Virus record (IMG/VR): IMGVR_UViG_3300022902_000008
Source: a virus
Direction: 5' to 3' (one strand)
DNA: 64,000 nt
Position numbers and translations under genes: made by a program
Shown: positions 26,385 to 36,264 of the stretch, piece after piece
Layout: each line of letters opens with the position of its first letter
Numbering within the stretch: position 1 is the stretch's first letter
The notes under the pieces: model-generated
The model's database searches: none
What the model saw: the letters and a program-made list of their open reading frames with translations, nothing else
Told to the model about the DNA's origin: nothing

Positions 26385-26626
26385 ATTCTTTTTAGCTTAT
26401 TTGGCAGCATATCTCTAAATTGTCCACTAGTCATTGGGTCTTTATTTTCTTTTTGTCCCTTTGTTTCTTTTATTTCTTTTGCTACCCTATTAATAAACCA
26501 TATTCTCTTAGGTATAGATAGTTTGTAGGCATTTTCGTAAGAAAATCCACAATAATACATAAGCAAGAATATTTGATCCAGAAATAGTTCTTTAGCTTCT
26601 GGAGAGTTGAGGCCAAAAAAATTCAA
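26381..26626 (-). CDS. Baseplate hub/tail assembly protein (gp51-like), possibly a frameshift extension of the upstream chaperone
   Basis: QIFLLMYYCGFSYENAYKLSIPKRIWF; overlaps end of 26592-27467 at a T7 run. Confidence 0.6.
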   Translation of the reverse strand: MNFFGLNSPEAKELFLDQIFLLMYYCGFSYENAYKLSIPKRIWFINRVAKEIKETKGQKENKDPMTSGQFRDMLPNKLKRI

Positions 26627-27467
26627 CCCCTAATGGGATCGTCACCTCCGAGTCTTCCCCACAATCAGGGCAAGTTGCAAACTGCCTCATTTCAATTCCT
26701 GGCTCGTTGTCATCAATAAAGTTTCTTAATGCCAAAGAATCTCTTGCAGGTAAATGTCTAATGATATTTGCAATTTTTGATCTATCTGTAACTCCATCAA
26801 AATACTTGACTGACTTAATTAACCTTGCGCTAACTAAAGAGTCAATTGATGTCTTTAGTTTTTTCTTTTTTCTGTCTGATTGCTTTGTTAGCTCTTCCTC
26901 GTCAGCACCAGTTAAGAAGCTGAAATGTACTTCTTTTTTAAGGCCAGGAAGCATAAAAGAGAAGATGTTTTCGTTTTCTTCTATGGGGTCAATTTTAAAC
27001 CGCTTGATTGGGAGATCATTAAGATCAAATTCATTTTTGTATTTATGATCACAAACTGGACAAGTAATTTCTACTGGATATTCTGCACCATAACCAGTAA
27101 TTCTAATTGAGGTCATAAGAGCGTTTTTATCGCCTGCAAGAAGGGAGTCAGGATCAATTGATTTATTAGTTACACAACTTTTGATTAGATATGTTAGCAC
27201 TGTTCCTTGTTTAATAAGTGCTCTAGAAGTTAGAATATCTTCTTCTTTTGCAGTCATTGATTTAATTTCAACAAACTCAGCTTTGCGTAAAGGATGGTTT
27301 TCAGAATATACCAGACCATTTGATGGAAGCGGCACTAGCTCTACAGGAACTTCAAAACCAAGGTCATCTTCCATTTTTTTTTGTGACATTGAAGACATCA
27401 TATTTTGCATTCCTGCTTGAACGTCTTCTTTACTTTTGAAAACTTCATTTCTACTTTCTTTTGACAT
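26592..27467 (-). CDS. Baseplate hub assembly chaperone (T4 gp26-like)
   Basis: LPSNG...MTAKEEDIL...GDKNAL...CPVC...CPDCG...FFWP. Confidence 0.8.
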   Translation of the reverse strand: MSKESRNEVFKSKEDVQAGMQNMMSSMSQKKMEDDLGFEVPVELVPLPSNGLVYSENHPLRKAEFVEIKSMTAKEEDILTSRALIKQGTVLTYLIKSCVTNKSIDPDSLLAGDKNALMTSIRITGYGAEYPVEITCPVCDHKYKNEFDLNDLPIKRFKIDPIEENENIFSFMLPGLKKEVHFSFLTGADEEELTKQSDRKKKKLKTSIDSLVSARLIKSVKYFDGVTDRSKIANIIRHLPARDSLALRNFIDDNEPGIEMRQFATCPDCGEDSEVTIPLGVEFFWPQLSRS

Positions 27468-27565
27468 TTTAGCCTCCGATTTATTTAAAAACTTTGTGTT
27501 ATTAAATATGCTTTAAGTTATTTTTTTTCTGTTAAAATTAATATAGGTATGTAAAAAATATATAT

Positions 27566-27910
27566 TTAATGATTATAGCTTATGTCTAGCTTACTTTTGT
27601 TTTTGTTAGAAAAGTTCATCATAAATTCACATCTCCCGCCAGTTTTACCTTTCGCCCATCCAGAAATAAACTGAGAATTAGGTACGTTTTCAATTTCAGC
27701 TTTAATATATTTTAGACTATCTTGCATTCTATTTTCTGCAACTTGTTTCATAAAATCACTAGTTTCAATCCAATTAATTAATGCGTCATAATCTCCAAAT
27801 TCAACATCTTTTGGCTTTGGTATACTAGCAGGATGATCAATCCAACTCTCTAATATGCTTTTTATTTCTTCCTTTATGATTTTTTTAAGTTTAGTTTCTG
27901 TTAGTTTCAT
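27566..27910 (-). CDS. Leader-bearing hypothetical protein
   Basis: MKLTETKLKKIIKEEIKSILE-S; AGGAG RBS. Confidence 0.65.
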   Translation of the reverse strand: MKLTETKLKKIIKEEIKSILESWIDHPASIPKPKDVEFGDYDALINWIETSDFMKQVAENRMQDSLKYIKAEIENVPNSQFISGWAKGKTGGRCEFMMNFSNKNKSKLDISYNH

Positions 27911-28063
27911 TTTCTTCTCCTGTTTAATAAAAGAAACTTGTATTATAATTATTACATGTAAGAGTTTTTTTTGTAAAATATTTTAATAAAAAAACAAGAA
28001 AATACTATTATTCAAATATATTTATAGGTGTGGTTTGTATAGAATAATTGGGAGCATAATGAT

Positions 28064-28375
28064 ATGAGTGATAATGTTGATGGATATAAAGTTTTCAATT
28101 TAAGTGAGATAAAAAATGGAACCTTGGAAGAGGTTGCAAAATATATTGCTGGATTTGTTGGTGCTTTAGCTGGTTATTATTTGGGAAAAAAGGTATATAC
28201 CAAAATATTTGGTGAATCAAAAGATGTTGAAGAGTTTGCAAAGGTTTTGGTTGAGTCAAAAGAAGAGTTTGACGCAGATCCAAAAAAGAAAGAAATGTTG
28301 GCATCGTTTGTTGAAAATGATACGCTTCAAGATTTAGAGCAGATTGAATTAATTGTTGGCAAAAAATTATTGTAA
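28064..28375 (+). CDS. Hypothetical protein upstream of tape measure gene
   Basis: GGGAG RBS; hydrophobic IAGFVGALAGYYLG segment. Confidence 0.55.
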   Translation: MSDNVDGYKVFNLSEIKNGTLEEVAKYIAGFVGALAGYYLGKKVYTKIFGESKDVEEFAKVLVESKEEFDADPKKKEMLASFVENDTLQDLEQIELIVGKKLL

Positions 28376-28398
28376 ATATATTATGGGAGTTTTTATAG

Positions 28399-31300
28399 TT
28401 GGCTAGAACCGTAAAAGGACAAACAAAATCTATTTCCAGTGCTCAGATAGAAATGACAAAACAATTGTCTGCTGTTATTGAAAAGCTGTCTAGTAATTTT
28501 GATAGGTTTAATGATGTAGTAGGTAAACAGGTCGGTATGCAAAAAGAGTTGGCAGACGCAGCAAAGGATACAGAGGGTGCTTTAGGATCTCAGGCAAAGT
28601 CAGAAGAAGTAAATAGGGATGCTCTTCATAAACTAGCAGAGCGAGAGCAAAAAGATAACAAAGAGTTAATGAACTCTGTTGAACGTATTATGAATATTCG
28701 TGAAAGAATGCGAAAAACATCAGAAAAGTTTGGTTTATCAGAGGAAACATTGAACAGAGCTTTAAACGATCAGATAGACTATATCAAGTCTTTGGGTGAA
28801 GTTAGTGGCGATCTTATTCCTGTACATAAACAATGGTGGCATTCAGTAAAAGGTTTAATTAAATCTTATCATTTGTTGTGGAAAAACCTAACACTCACCC
28901 AAAAGGTTATGTTGGTTGGCAAAGCACAGATTAAATTGTATACGGCAGCTTTAAAGGGCTTATGGTTTGTTGCCAAGGGCGTGTTTAAAGTTTTTGAAAT
29001 TGGGGTATCTGTTGTCTTAGCAGGCTTTACAACTGCTTTAGATATTTTAGGAGATGCATTAAAAACAGTTGGTGTGGGGTTTGAGTCTGTGGGGAAGGTT
29101 ATTTATAGTTCGTTTGCAGAGCCAATGAAAGCTATGTATGATGTGTTAAAACATGCTGTTATTGGTTTATATGGTTCTATTAAAAACTTTATGGGCCAGA
29201 TGATTGATATATTTTTAGGTCAATTCCCAATAATACCAGATATTTTAAAGGAGTTTGGCAATTTAACTGAAACTATATTCAAAGAAGTATTTATGGCAAT
29301 TGAGGATGTGTTTTCTCATATGCATAGCTTTGTTAGCGATGTTTTGAGTAATTTATTATCTGTTATTACTTCACCATTTGAAAGCTTACAAAATATTTTA
29401 AAAAGCATTGCTGATACTGTTGGTAATTTATTGGCAACTGCCTTTAAATCGGCTGCAAACATAATAAAAGCTTCGATGGAAACAGTTCTTAATATAATAA
29501 ACTTGATATTGTCATCTACAGTTAAGTTAATGGTATTTTTCTGGAATACTGCAACAGAAATGTACTCAGGTGTTTCTCAGTGGAGACAAGAATTAGAAAA
29601 GCTTCGTGCTGAATATGGTAATTTAGAAAGGGGTGTCGCAAGGTTTGCTATTAACATGGCAAAAGCATCTAAGTCAGCATTTAGACAATTTAGATATTTT
29701 AGAGGGGAAGTTCTTGCCCTTGCTGCTGAGTTAGTTAAGAATTTAGGCCCAACTGTTGAGGCTATTATGGGTCAACTTGCTGATCCAAACTCTCAAAAAT
29801 TATTGATGTTGTTTAACAAGGGGTTAACGTTAAGTGCAGAGGCTATGCAAGAAATAGCAAGAGAGTCTTTGGCTAGTGGTAAGCCAATGTTAGGTATTTT
29901 AAGAGATATTCATGACTCAGCACAAGCCTTAGCGAAAGCCTTTAATGTTAGTGCCAAATTGATCGCTAAAGATATTGGTGAAATGAAGGTTGATATTGCC
30001 TCTTGGGGAGGCCTTACTACAAAACAAATGGCAGCAGCAGCGATGAGAACGAGGTCTTTGGGCCTTGAAATTAAGAAAGTTGCTGGTATTGTTAAGGCTT
30101 TTGATACCTTCAAAGATGCATCAAAGAACGTGGCTATGTTGTCGAGAGCTTTTGGTGTACAAATTGACTCATTACGAATGATGAAAGAGGAAGATCCAAC
30201 AAAACGTATTGAAACAATAAGAAAAGAGTTCTCTAGGTTAGGAAGATCAACTGAAACAATGTCTAGAAGACAAATTATGTTATTAGCTCAAACAACTGGG
30301 TTAGATGAGGCAACTGCAAAAGCAGCGTTTTCCACTAGAAACCAAGGTAAATCTATTGAAGAGATTAATAAACAACTAGATAAATCTCAGGCTAAAAAGA
30401 AGACTGATAAACAAAGGGTGAGTGAACTTAAGGAAGAGATTGAAAGGCTAGTAAAATCTGGCCATCAATTTACTGGCATTTGGGATGCAATGACAAAAGG
30501 TTTCGAAAGGGGAACAAAAGTGTGGGCAAGACAAACGGGCTTGACGGCGGATTTAACTGTGGGATTAAGAAAGGTATATAAAATAACCAAACTGGCAACA
30601 AAAGAGTTCCTAGAACATTCAGATGCGGCTGAAGGATTTGCTGCACAAACTTCTAGGTTTTTTGAAATATTTACAGAAAAAGGTGAGGAATTACAAAAAA
30701 CATTAGAGAATTTATTTAAAGACATTGAAAAAAACGCACCTAATGCCTTTGGAACATTTTGGGATAAAATTATTAGTATTTTTAAAGCTGGGGGCTTAGA
30801 TATAGAAGCAGCATTGGTTGGGCTTAAAAAGGTATTCTTAACCTTGTTTGGACAAATTAGTGGTGCTGTAATACGAATAATTGGTAATATGATAGTAACA
30901 ATTGTTGAGTTGATTAATGATCCGGCAAGGGTATCAAAGTTTGCTCCTGGAATGGAATGGACTAAGCCAATTGTAGCAGCGTTTTCAGATGTTTGGAAAG
31001 ACTTAGAAAAGCCATTAAAAACATTATGGGAAAGTTTAAGTGATTGGTTTTGGAGAATGTGGGGAAAGCTTAAAAAAATTGCTATTGATAATTGGGAGTT
31101 AATGTTTGCGGCGGGGATGAAAATATGGCATGAAAACATATCACCATTTGTAGACGGCATTTTAGATGGATTACAGTCTAAGTATGATAAAATAAAAAAT
31201 GGTATTCATGATTTATTAAAAAATATGAAAAAGTGGATTGTAGATTGGTGGAAAGATAATGGGGATAAGGTTATTGCTGGTATGCTTGTCGGAACGGTTG

Positions 31301-32829
31301 GCCCTGGTTTGTTATCTGCTGCGATAGGGGGTATTGGCAAGACTGGTGGTGCGGGTGCTCTTGGCAAACTTGCGGGGGCTGGTGTTGGTGCTTTGGGCGC
31401 ATATTCAGGTCGTGCTGCCTTTGGTGCAGGCTCTACTGGGGCTGCTGTATCTGGAATTGGTGGTGGTGCTTTGAGTGGTGCCATGGTTGGGAGTATGTTT
31501 GGTCCGATGGGCATAGCTGTTGGTGGTGCGGTGGGGGCACTTACGGGGTTTATTTATTCTTTGGAAACTGGTGAAGAGAAACTAAGAAAAGGTATAAAGG
31601 GAATTGTGTCATCATTAAAGGTGTATTTTGATGAACAAAATAAAGTTATTAATGCAAATATTGACAAAATGAAGCTTTTAAATTCAGAGTTAGGTCAAGC
31701 AACAAAGTCATATAATTTAGAAAAGGCCCATACAGATTACATGGTAGCTAGTATAAAAAAAGCTGGAGATGATCTGAGCGGGTTAAGTGACGCCGTTAAA
31801 TTGCAATTGTTGAAAAAGGTAAAAGAGTTATCAGGCAACACTAATGATGGCAGTTTGGGTAAGTTAATGGCGGCATTGAAGGGCGATGAGGAGGCTTTGA
31901 AAGATAAAACAGTAGTTGAACAGGCGTCTAGGGTTGCTTCAGCCATGCTTGTTGCTGCCAAACGTCTTGAGACTGAAATAATTGCGAAGAAAATGGAGGT
32001 TGATAGGGCGGCTTTAAAAGTAGAGGTTGGGCTAAAAAACAGAGCTAAGCTAGAGCAGGATATTGTAGAGCTATCTATAAAGCGAAAAAAAGATACAGAG
32101 AATTTTCTCGACGATATGCAATATTTACATGCAAGATTTAGGGGTGAGATAAAAAATTTACCCGAGGCAGTTCAAACCTTAGTTAAAAAAGTTCCAGAAT
32201 TAGAGTTGTCAGGCTATTTAAAGAAAAGGATTGCGGTGGGCGATAGAAATGCGCCACAATATAAGAATATACTTGAGGCCCAGAAAAAAATAAACGACCG
32301 AGGCGTGCAGGCAGGTAAAATTATTAATGCTTTGGCCGAGAAAGAAAGGCAATATAAGACAAGCGGTAAGGACATGGAAGATATCCAAGAGAAACAATTA
32401 AAAAGTATGAGCGAACTTGTTAAGTTATATGATCCAAAAACTAGGAAAGAGTATGAGAAACAAGCATTTACAGACGCACAGAAAGAAGTTGCCCAAAAAG
32501 AAACCAATCAAGCATTGACAAAAATGTCACAAAATGCAGTGGCTGAAAGTGGTATTTTCGCTCATGATCCTGGGTTGGAGCAGCTTTTCGGAAAGGTTAT
32601 TGATAGTGATGAGTTTTTGAAGATTAAACTTCCAGAGTATGCAGAAGTACATGTTGCAGATGATTCAATTAATAAGATTAGTGCGGGATCTTCAACAAGC
32701 ATCAATGTTGCTAAAGTGTCACCAGAGGTTAATGTTTCATTGTATATTGGAAATGAGAAGTTTAATGACTTTATTGAGAAGGTGGCAAAAGAGGTGACTA
32801 GCCCAAGAGCGTCTGGGAGAAGTAATTAA
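28399..32829 (+). CDS. Tape measure protein
   Basis: 1476 aa, helical Ala/Leu-rich, W/F periodic segments, glycine zipper; precedes baseplate genes. Confidence 0.8.
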   Translation: MARTVKGQTKSISSAQIEMTKQLSAVIEKLSSNFDRFNDVVGKQVGMQKELADAAKDTEGALGSQAKSEEVNRDALHKLAEREQKDNKELMNSVERIMNIRERMRKTSEKFGLSEETLNRALNDQIDYIKSLGEVSGDLIPVHKQWWHSVKGLIKSYHLLWKNLTLTQKVMLVGKAQIKLYTAALKGLWFVAKGVFKVFEIGVSVVLAGFTTALDILGDALKTVGVGFESVGKVIYSSFAEPMKAMYDVLKHAVIGLYGSIKNFMGQMIDIFLGQFPIIPDILKEFGNLTETIFKEVFMAIEDVFSHMHSFVSDVLSNLLSVITSPFESLQNILKSIADTVGNLLATAFKSAANIIKASMETVLNIINLILSSTVKLMVFFWNTATEMYSGVSQWRQELEKLRAEYGNLERGVARFAINMAKASKSAFRQFRYFRGEVLALAAELVKNLGPTVEAIMGQLADPNSQKLLMLFNKGLTLSAEAMQEIARESLASGKPMLGILRDIHDSAQALAKAFNVSAKLIAKDIGEMKVDIASWGGLTTKQMAAAAMRTRSLGLEIKKVAGIVKAFDTFKDASKNVAMLSRAFGVQIDSLRMMKEEDPTKRIETIRKEFSRLGRSTETMSRRQIMLLAQTTGLDEATAKAAFSTRNQGKSIEEINKQLDKSQAKKKTDKQRVSELKEEIERLVKSGHQFTGIWDAMTKGFERGTKVWARQTGLTADLTVGLRKVYKITKLATKEFLEHSDAAEGFAAQTSRFFEIFTEKGEELQKTLENLFKDIEKNAPNAFGTFWDKIISIFKAGGLDIEAALVGLKKVFLTLFGQISGAVIRIIGNMIVTIVELINDPARVSKFAPGMEWTKPIVAAFSDVWKDLEKPLKTLWESLSDWFWRMWGKLKKIAIDNWELMFAAGMKIWHENISPFVDGILDGLQSKYDKIKNGIHDLLKNMKKWIVDWWKDNGDKVIAGMLVGTVGPGLLSAAIGGIGKTGGAGALGKLAGAGVGALGAYSGRAAFGAGSTGAAVSGIGGGALSGAMVGSMFGPMGIAVGGAVGALTGFIYSLETGEEKLRKGIKGIVSSLKVYFDEQNKVINANIDKMKLLNSELGQATKSYNLEKAHTDYMVASIKKAGDDLSGLSDAVKLQLLKKVKELSGNTNDGSLGKLMAALKGDEEALKDKTVVEQASRVASAMLVAAKRLETEIIAKKMEVDRAALKVEVGLKNRAKLEQDIVELSIKRKKDTENFLDDMQYLHARFRGEIKNLPEAVQTLVKKVPELELSGYLKKRIAVGDRNAPQYKNILEAQKKINDRGVQAGKIINALAEKERQYKTSGKDMEDIQEKQLKSMSELVKLYDPKTRKEYEKQAFTDAQKEVAQKETNQALTKMSQNAVAESGIFAHDPGLEQLFGKVIDSDEFLKIKLPEYAEVHVADDSINKISAGSSTSINVAKVSPEVNVSLYIGNEKFNDFIEKVAKEVTSPRASGRSN

Positions 32830-35800
32830 TGTCAGATTTGGAAAAAAGGGGAAGAGAGACTTTGGGCAGGCTTATTAAAAAGAATAGGTTTGACAGTCAA
32901 AATATGGCTAGTGATGTTTTGGTAAAAGAGGATAACAACACTAAAAATTTACCAAAAGATAAATCTGTTCTTAATTTTGGCAGTACTTTAAAAATTGGTC
33001 CTGCTCATGAATTAACTAGCGTCCCATATTCACCAAGTTATAATGCTGAAGATGTTATTAGAGATATTTTAGAGGGACCGTCTTGGGCAGGCGCTAAGCA
33101 TGTATTGCCAAATGATTTACCTGGATATTCTCCAAAAACTGGTGGAAGTCCTGGTAAGACTATAGAAGAAGTTGAACAATATGGCGGTGTTCCTCAAAGT
33201 TCTAATCCGCCCAAATTTTCCTCTTTAAAGATGACAATGGGCACATATGCTAACTCCGTCAATAGTTCTATTTTAATCAACTTGCCTGCAACTAAAGATC
33301 CTCTTGTGGAATTAACTAAGACATTAGACACTAGTTTGTTTGAGGTGTTTAAGGTATTTTCAGCAAATCCTAATGCTCATGGTAGCTTAAATAGAAAATC
33401 AATATATTCTCCCGATAATATATTTGCAGAAGATGGTACAATACCCAATTCTGTTCTTGGGTTTTTTATTGATGGTGCAAAGGTAAATAAGCTCAGCGGT
33501 CTAAGTGTTTTTGGTGAAGTTTTAAGTAGGAATAAAAAGTTAATTGGTCTAGTTGGCAACTTAAATAGCTATCTTGACAAGTTGTTGAAGTTTAATGTTA
33601 ACCCTAACGCAACTGTTATTAATGGTGAAGCATCATCAAATCCCAAATCTTTTGAAGGTCAATACAAGGGTGTTTTAGGGGAACATTTCAAGGAGATTAA
33701 TAATAAAGTTTTAGAGGCTTATTTTAAAAATTCAGGGTTAACTACAGTTGACCTAGAGTTAAAAACAACATATGGTACGAAAATTTTATCTGTCACTGTT
33801 GGTAATGAAATCTTACAAACAAAAGCTAAGGGTAAAAGTTATAATGCATATATGTTTAAACCTGAGCAATTTAGATCTGATGGTGAGGGTGGGGTTTATG
33901 ATGAGTTTAGTAAGGGTGAAGGTGTCGCTGCAAGTAAAATTGCTGGACACAACAACTCTGACAGTCCTGGTGCTGGAGTAGATCCAGAATTTATTAAAGG
34001 GAAGGCTGGCTATTCTAATTATAAAAAATATGGTATACAAAGATTATCAAATGCTTTTAATGAGAATAGGTTCGGGCCAAAGACATTTGACTCTAGCACA
34101 ACAAAGTTCAAAAAAGAAGGTTATATAGATGAGAGTACTTTTCAAGATTTTGAGGCTAGCAAAGAAAAGTTATGGAACCCAAGTGCTGGAGATCCGCCTA
34201 GAATAGATGGATCAAAATACTTTAGCTCAGGCAAGATGTTTTCATGGGATAGTTTGAAAGCTTTGGGAAATAAGCTAGTTAAAGAACAACAGAACAAAAC
34301 TAATGATGGAAGTTTAACTAATCTTGTCAGTATATTTGATATTGATAATAATGTCAACCATACAATGTCTAATGGTACAAATAAAACATGGGGCCAATTT
34401 TACACACCTGATCGGGTGTTTGCTGCAAGGAGGATGGGGCAAAGTAATTTTGGTGAAGATGTTGTAGAGGCTCTTGAGGCTTCATTTTTTGGTGTGTTTG
34501 GGGCCTTATCTTTAGTTGGCAAGTCAATTGACTCGTTTGGCTCATTAGAGAATCCATATATAAACTTTTTCAATGGTATAGCTAGGGAATATAATAGAAC
34601 AGGTGGTGTAAAAATCCTTAAATGGGTTTTAAATAATTTATTGCTAACTGCTATGAACCCAAATGTTAGAAATATTGATGAAGAAACTTCGGGTGGTGGA
34701 CTAGCAAGTGCTTTAGCCGCAATAGGGTTAGAAGATAATAGTTCGTTTGCAAAAAGAAGTGTGGCAGACATTACATTGAGAGCAGGGCCATCAGTTTTAT
34801 CATGGATTCCATCCCCTGCTGCGTTTGCGCCAGGGAAAGGAAAGATATTTAATCCTTTAAGAATTTCATCTGGTGCAGGCTTTTTGATGGGTGAGACTTG
34901 GTTGCCAGTGGTTCAGGTTCCATATTTAGATAGTTTGCTTGATGATGGAACGTTATCATTTACTGAGTTTAGAGATGATTTGGAACCGAAGTTGTCTATT
35001 GTAATAGAGGAAAATCCAGTCCATACTAAGGCTAAAAGAATGGTTGTTAAACATGTTGCTAAAAATGAGACAAGTGTTTCAAATTTAAGTTCAATTATTT
35101 ATGGAAATAATATTGGTGGAAAAGATGTACTGCTTAATAATAAAGAAAATCAATTTATTATAAAAAATAAAATTGAAAGAATACCATTAGAAACAGTTGT
35201 TAAGGTGGAGAATCTATTAGAGGCTGAATATTGTCCGTTTTATTTTCATGATTTAAGAACTAATGAAGTTATATCTTTTCATGCATTTTTAACTAATTTA
35301 GGCCAATCATTTTCTCCTTCCTGGAGCGCAGAATCATTTTATGGACGCTCAGATGTAGTTCCTAACCTTGCAGGCACTGGGAGGACATTAGCATTAAGTT
35401 TTATAGTTGCGGCGATGAGCCCTAAAGATATGGATTATATGTACGATAAAATAAACAAGTTAGTTACTTTTGTATATCATCAATATAATGCTGGGGAAAA
35501 AAACATTAAAGATCAAACTATCCCATTTTCGCAGTTGCCTATAGCAGATCCGATAATTAGGTTAAGGGTTGGTGATTATATTACAACAAACTACAGTTAC
35601 AAGGATGCTGAAAGAATTGTTGGCAAGCAAGGTGATGATGATACCAAGCTTCAAAGGGTTCATGCTAACTTTAAAAATTATGGTGGAAAAGGTTTAGCTG
35701 GTTATATAACATCGTTAGACTTTGATATTACAAATGTTACTTGGGAGACTGCCCCAGGGTATGTAATGCCTCAATATTTAGCAGTGACAGTTGCATTTAC

Positions 35801-35948
35801 AGCAATACACGACATTCAGCCAGGGCTTGACTTTGATGGGTTTAATAGGGCACCATTATTTAGGAAAAATATGATTGGCTGGCCTACTGATTCAAATTAT
35901 GAGGCCTCAACAGACACTTTGGATGAACTTTTGAAAAAGGGGAGCTAA
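32829..35948 (+). CDS. Baseplate/tube-initiator-like structural protein
   Basis: C-terminal FHAFLTNL...SW...YGRSD...RTLALSF...RLRVGD...GYITSL tube-fold motif. Confidence 0.6.
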   Translation: MSDLEKRGRETLGRLIKKNRFDSQNMASDVLVKEDNNTKNLPKDKSVLNFGSTLKIGPAHELTSVPYSPSYNAEDVIRDILEGPSWAGAKHVLPNDLPGYSPKTGGSPGKTIEEVEQYGGVPQSSNPPKFSSLKMTMGTYANSVNSSILINLPATKDPLVELTKTLDTSLFEVFKVFSANPNAHGSLNRKSIYSPDNIFAEDGTIPNSVLGFFIDGAKVNKLSGLSVFGEVLSRNKKLIGLVGNLNSYLDKLLKFNVNPNATVINGEASSNPKSFEGQYKGVLGEHFKEINNKVLEAYFKNSGLTTVDLELKTTYGTKILSVTVGNEILQTKAKGKSYNAYMFKPEQFRSDGEGGVYDEFSKGEGVAASKIAGHNNSDSPGAGVDPEFIKGKAGYSNYKKYGIQRLSNAFNENRFGPKTFDSSTTKFKKEGYIDESTFQDFEASKEKLWNPSAGDPPRIDGSKYFSSGKMFSWDSLKALGNKLVKEQQNKTNDGSLTNLVSIFDIDNNVNHTMSNGTNKTWGQFYTPDRVFAARRMGQSNFGEDVVEALEASFFGVFGALSLVGKSIDSFGSLENPYINFFNGIAREYNRTGGVKILKWVLNNLLLTAMNPNVRNIDEETSGGGLASALAAIGLEDNSSFAKRSVADITLRAGPSVLSWIPSPAAFAPGKGKIFNPLRISSGAGFLMGETWLPVVQVPYLDSLLDDGTLSFTEFRDDLEPKLSIVIEENPVHTKAKRMVVKHVAKNETSVSNLSSIIYGNNIGGKDVLLNNKENQFIIKNKIERIPLETVVKVENLLEAEYCPFYFHDLRTNEVISFHAFLTNLGQSFSPSWSAESFYGRSDVVPNLAGTGRTLALSFIVAAMSPKDMDYMYDKINKLVTFVYHQYNAGEKNIKDQTIPFSQLPIADPIIRLRVGDYITTNYSYKDAERIVGKQGDDDTKLQRVHANFKNYGGKGLAGYITSLDFDITNVTWETAPGYVMPQYLAVTVAFTAIHDIQPGLDFDGFNRAPLFRKNMIGWPTDSNYEASTDTLDELLKKGS

Positions 35949-35955
35949 TTAATAT

Positions 35956-36261
35956 ATGGCTATTTCTAGATACGCAAATAATTGGCCTCTTAATGGTATT
36001 TTTGGATCATTTTATGAGTCTTTTGATGATTATAGTTTTATATATGATATGATTGAAAATAACAAGATAAAGACTCATGAGGTTATTGTTAGGCCTGGAG
36101 ATCGTTTGGATCATATTGCTTTTAAAGAATTTGGCGATGGTGAATATTTTTGGATTTTAGCATTGTGTAATAAAATTGGGTTTATTCCACAAGTGCCTCC
36201 TGGAACTATCTTACAGGTTCCAGATAATATTGATGATGTTTTATTATATTTCAAAGAGTAA
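35956..36261 (+). CDS. LysM baseplate wedge protein (gp53/gpX-like)
   Basis: GDRLDHIAFKEFGDGEYFWILALCN...GTILQVP. Confidence 0.85.
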   Translation: MAISRYANNWPLNGIFGSFYESFDDYSFIYDMIENNKIKTHEVIVRPGDRLDHIAFKEFGDGEYFWILALCNKIGFIPQVPPGTILQVPDNIDDVLLYFKE

Positions 36262-36264
36262 AAA

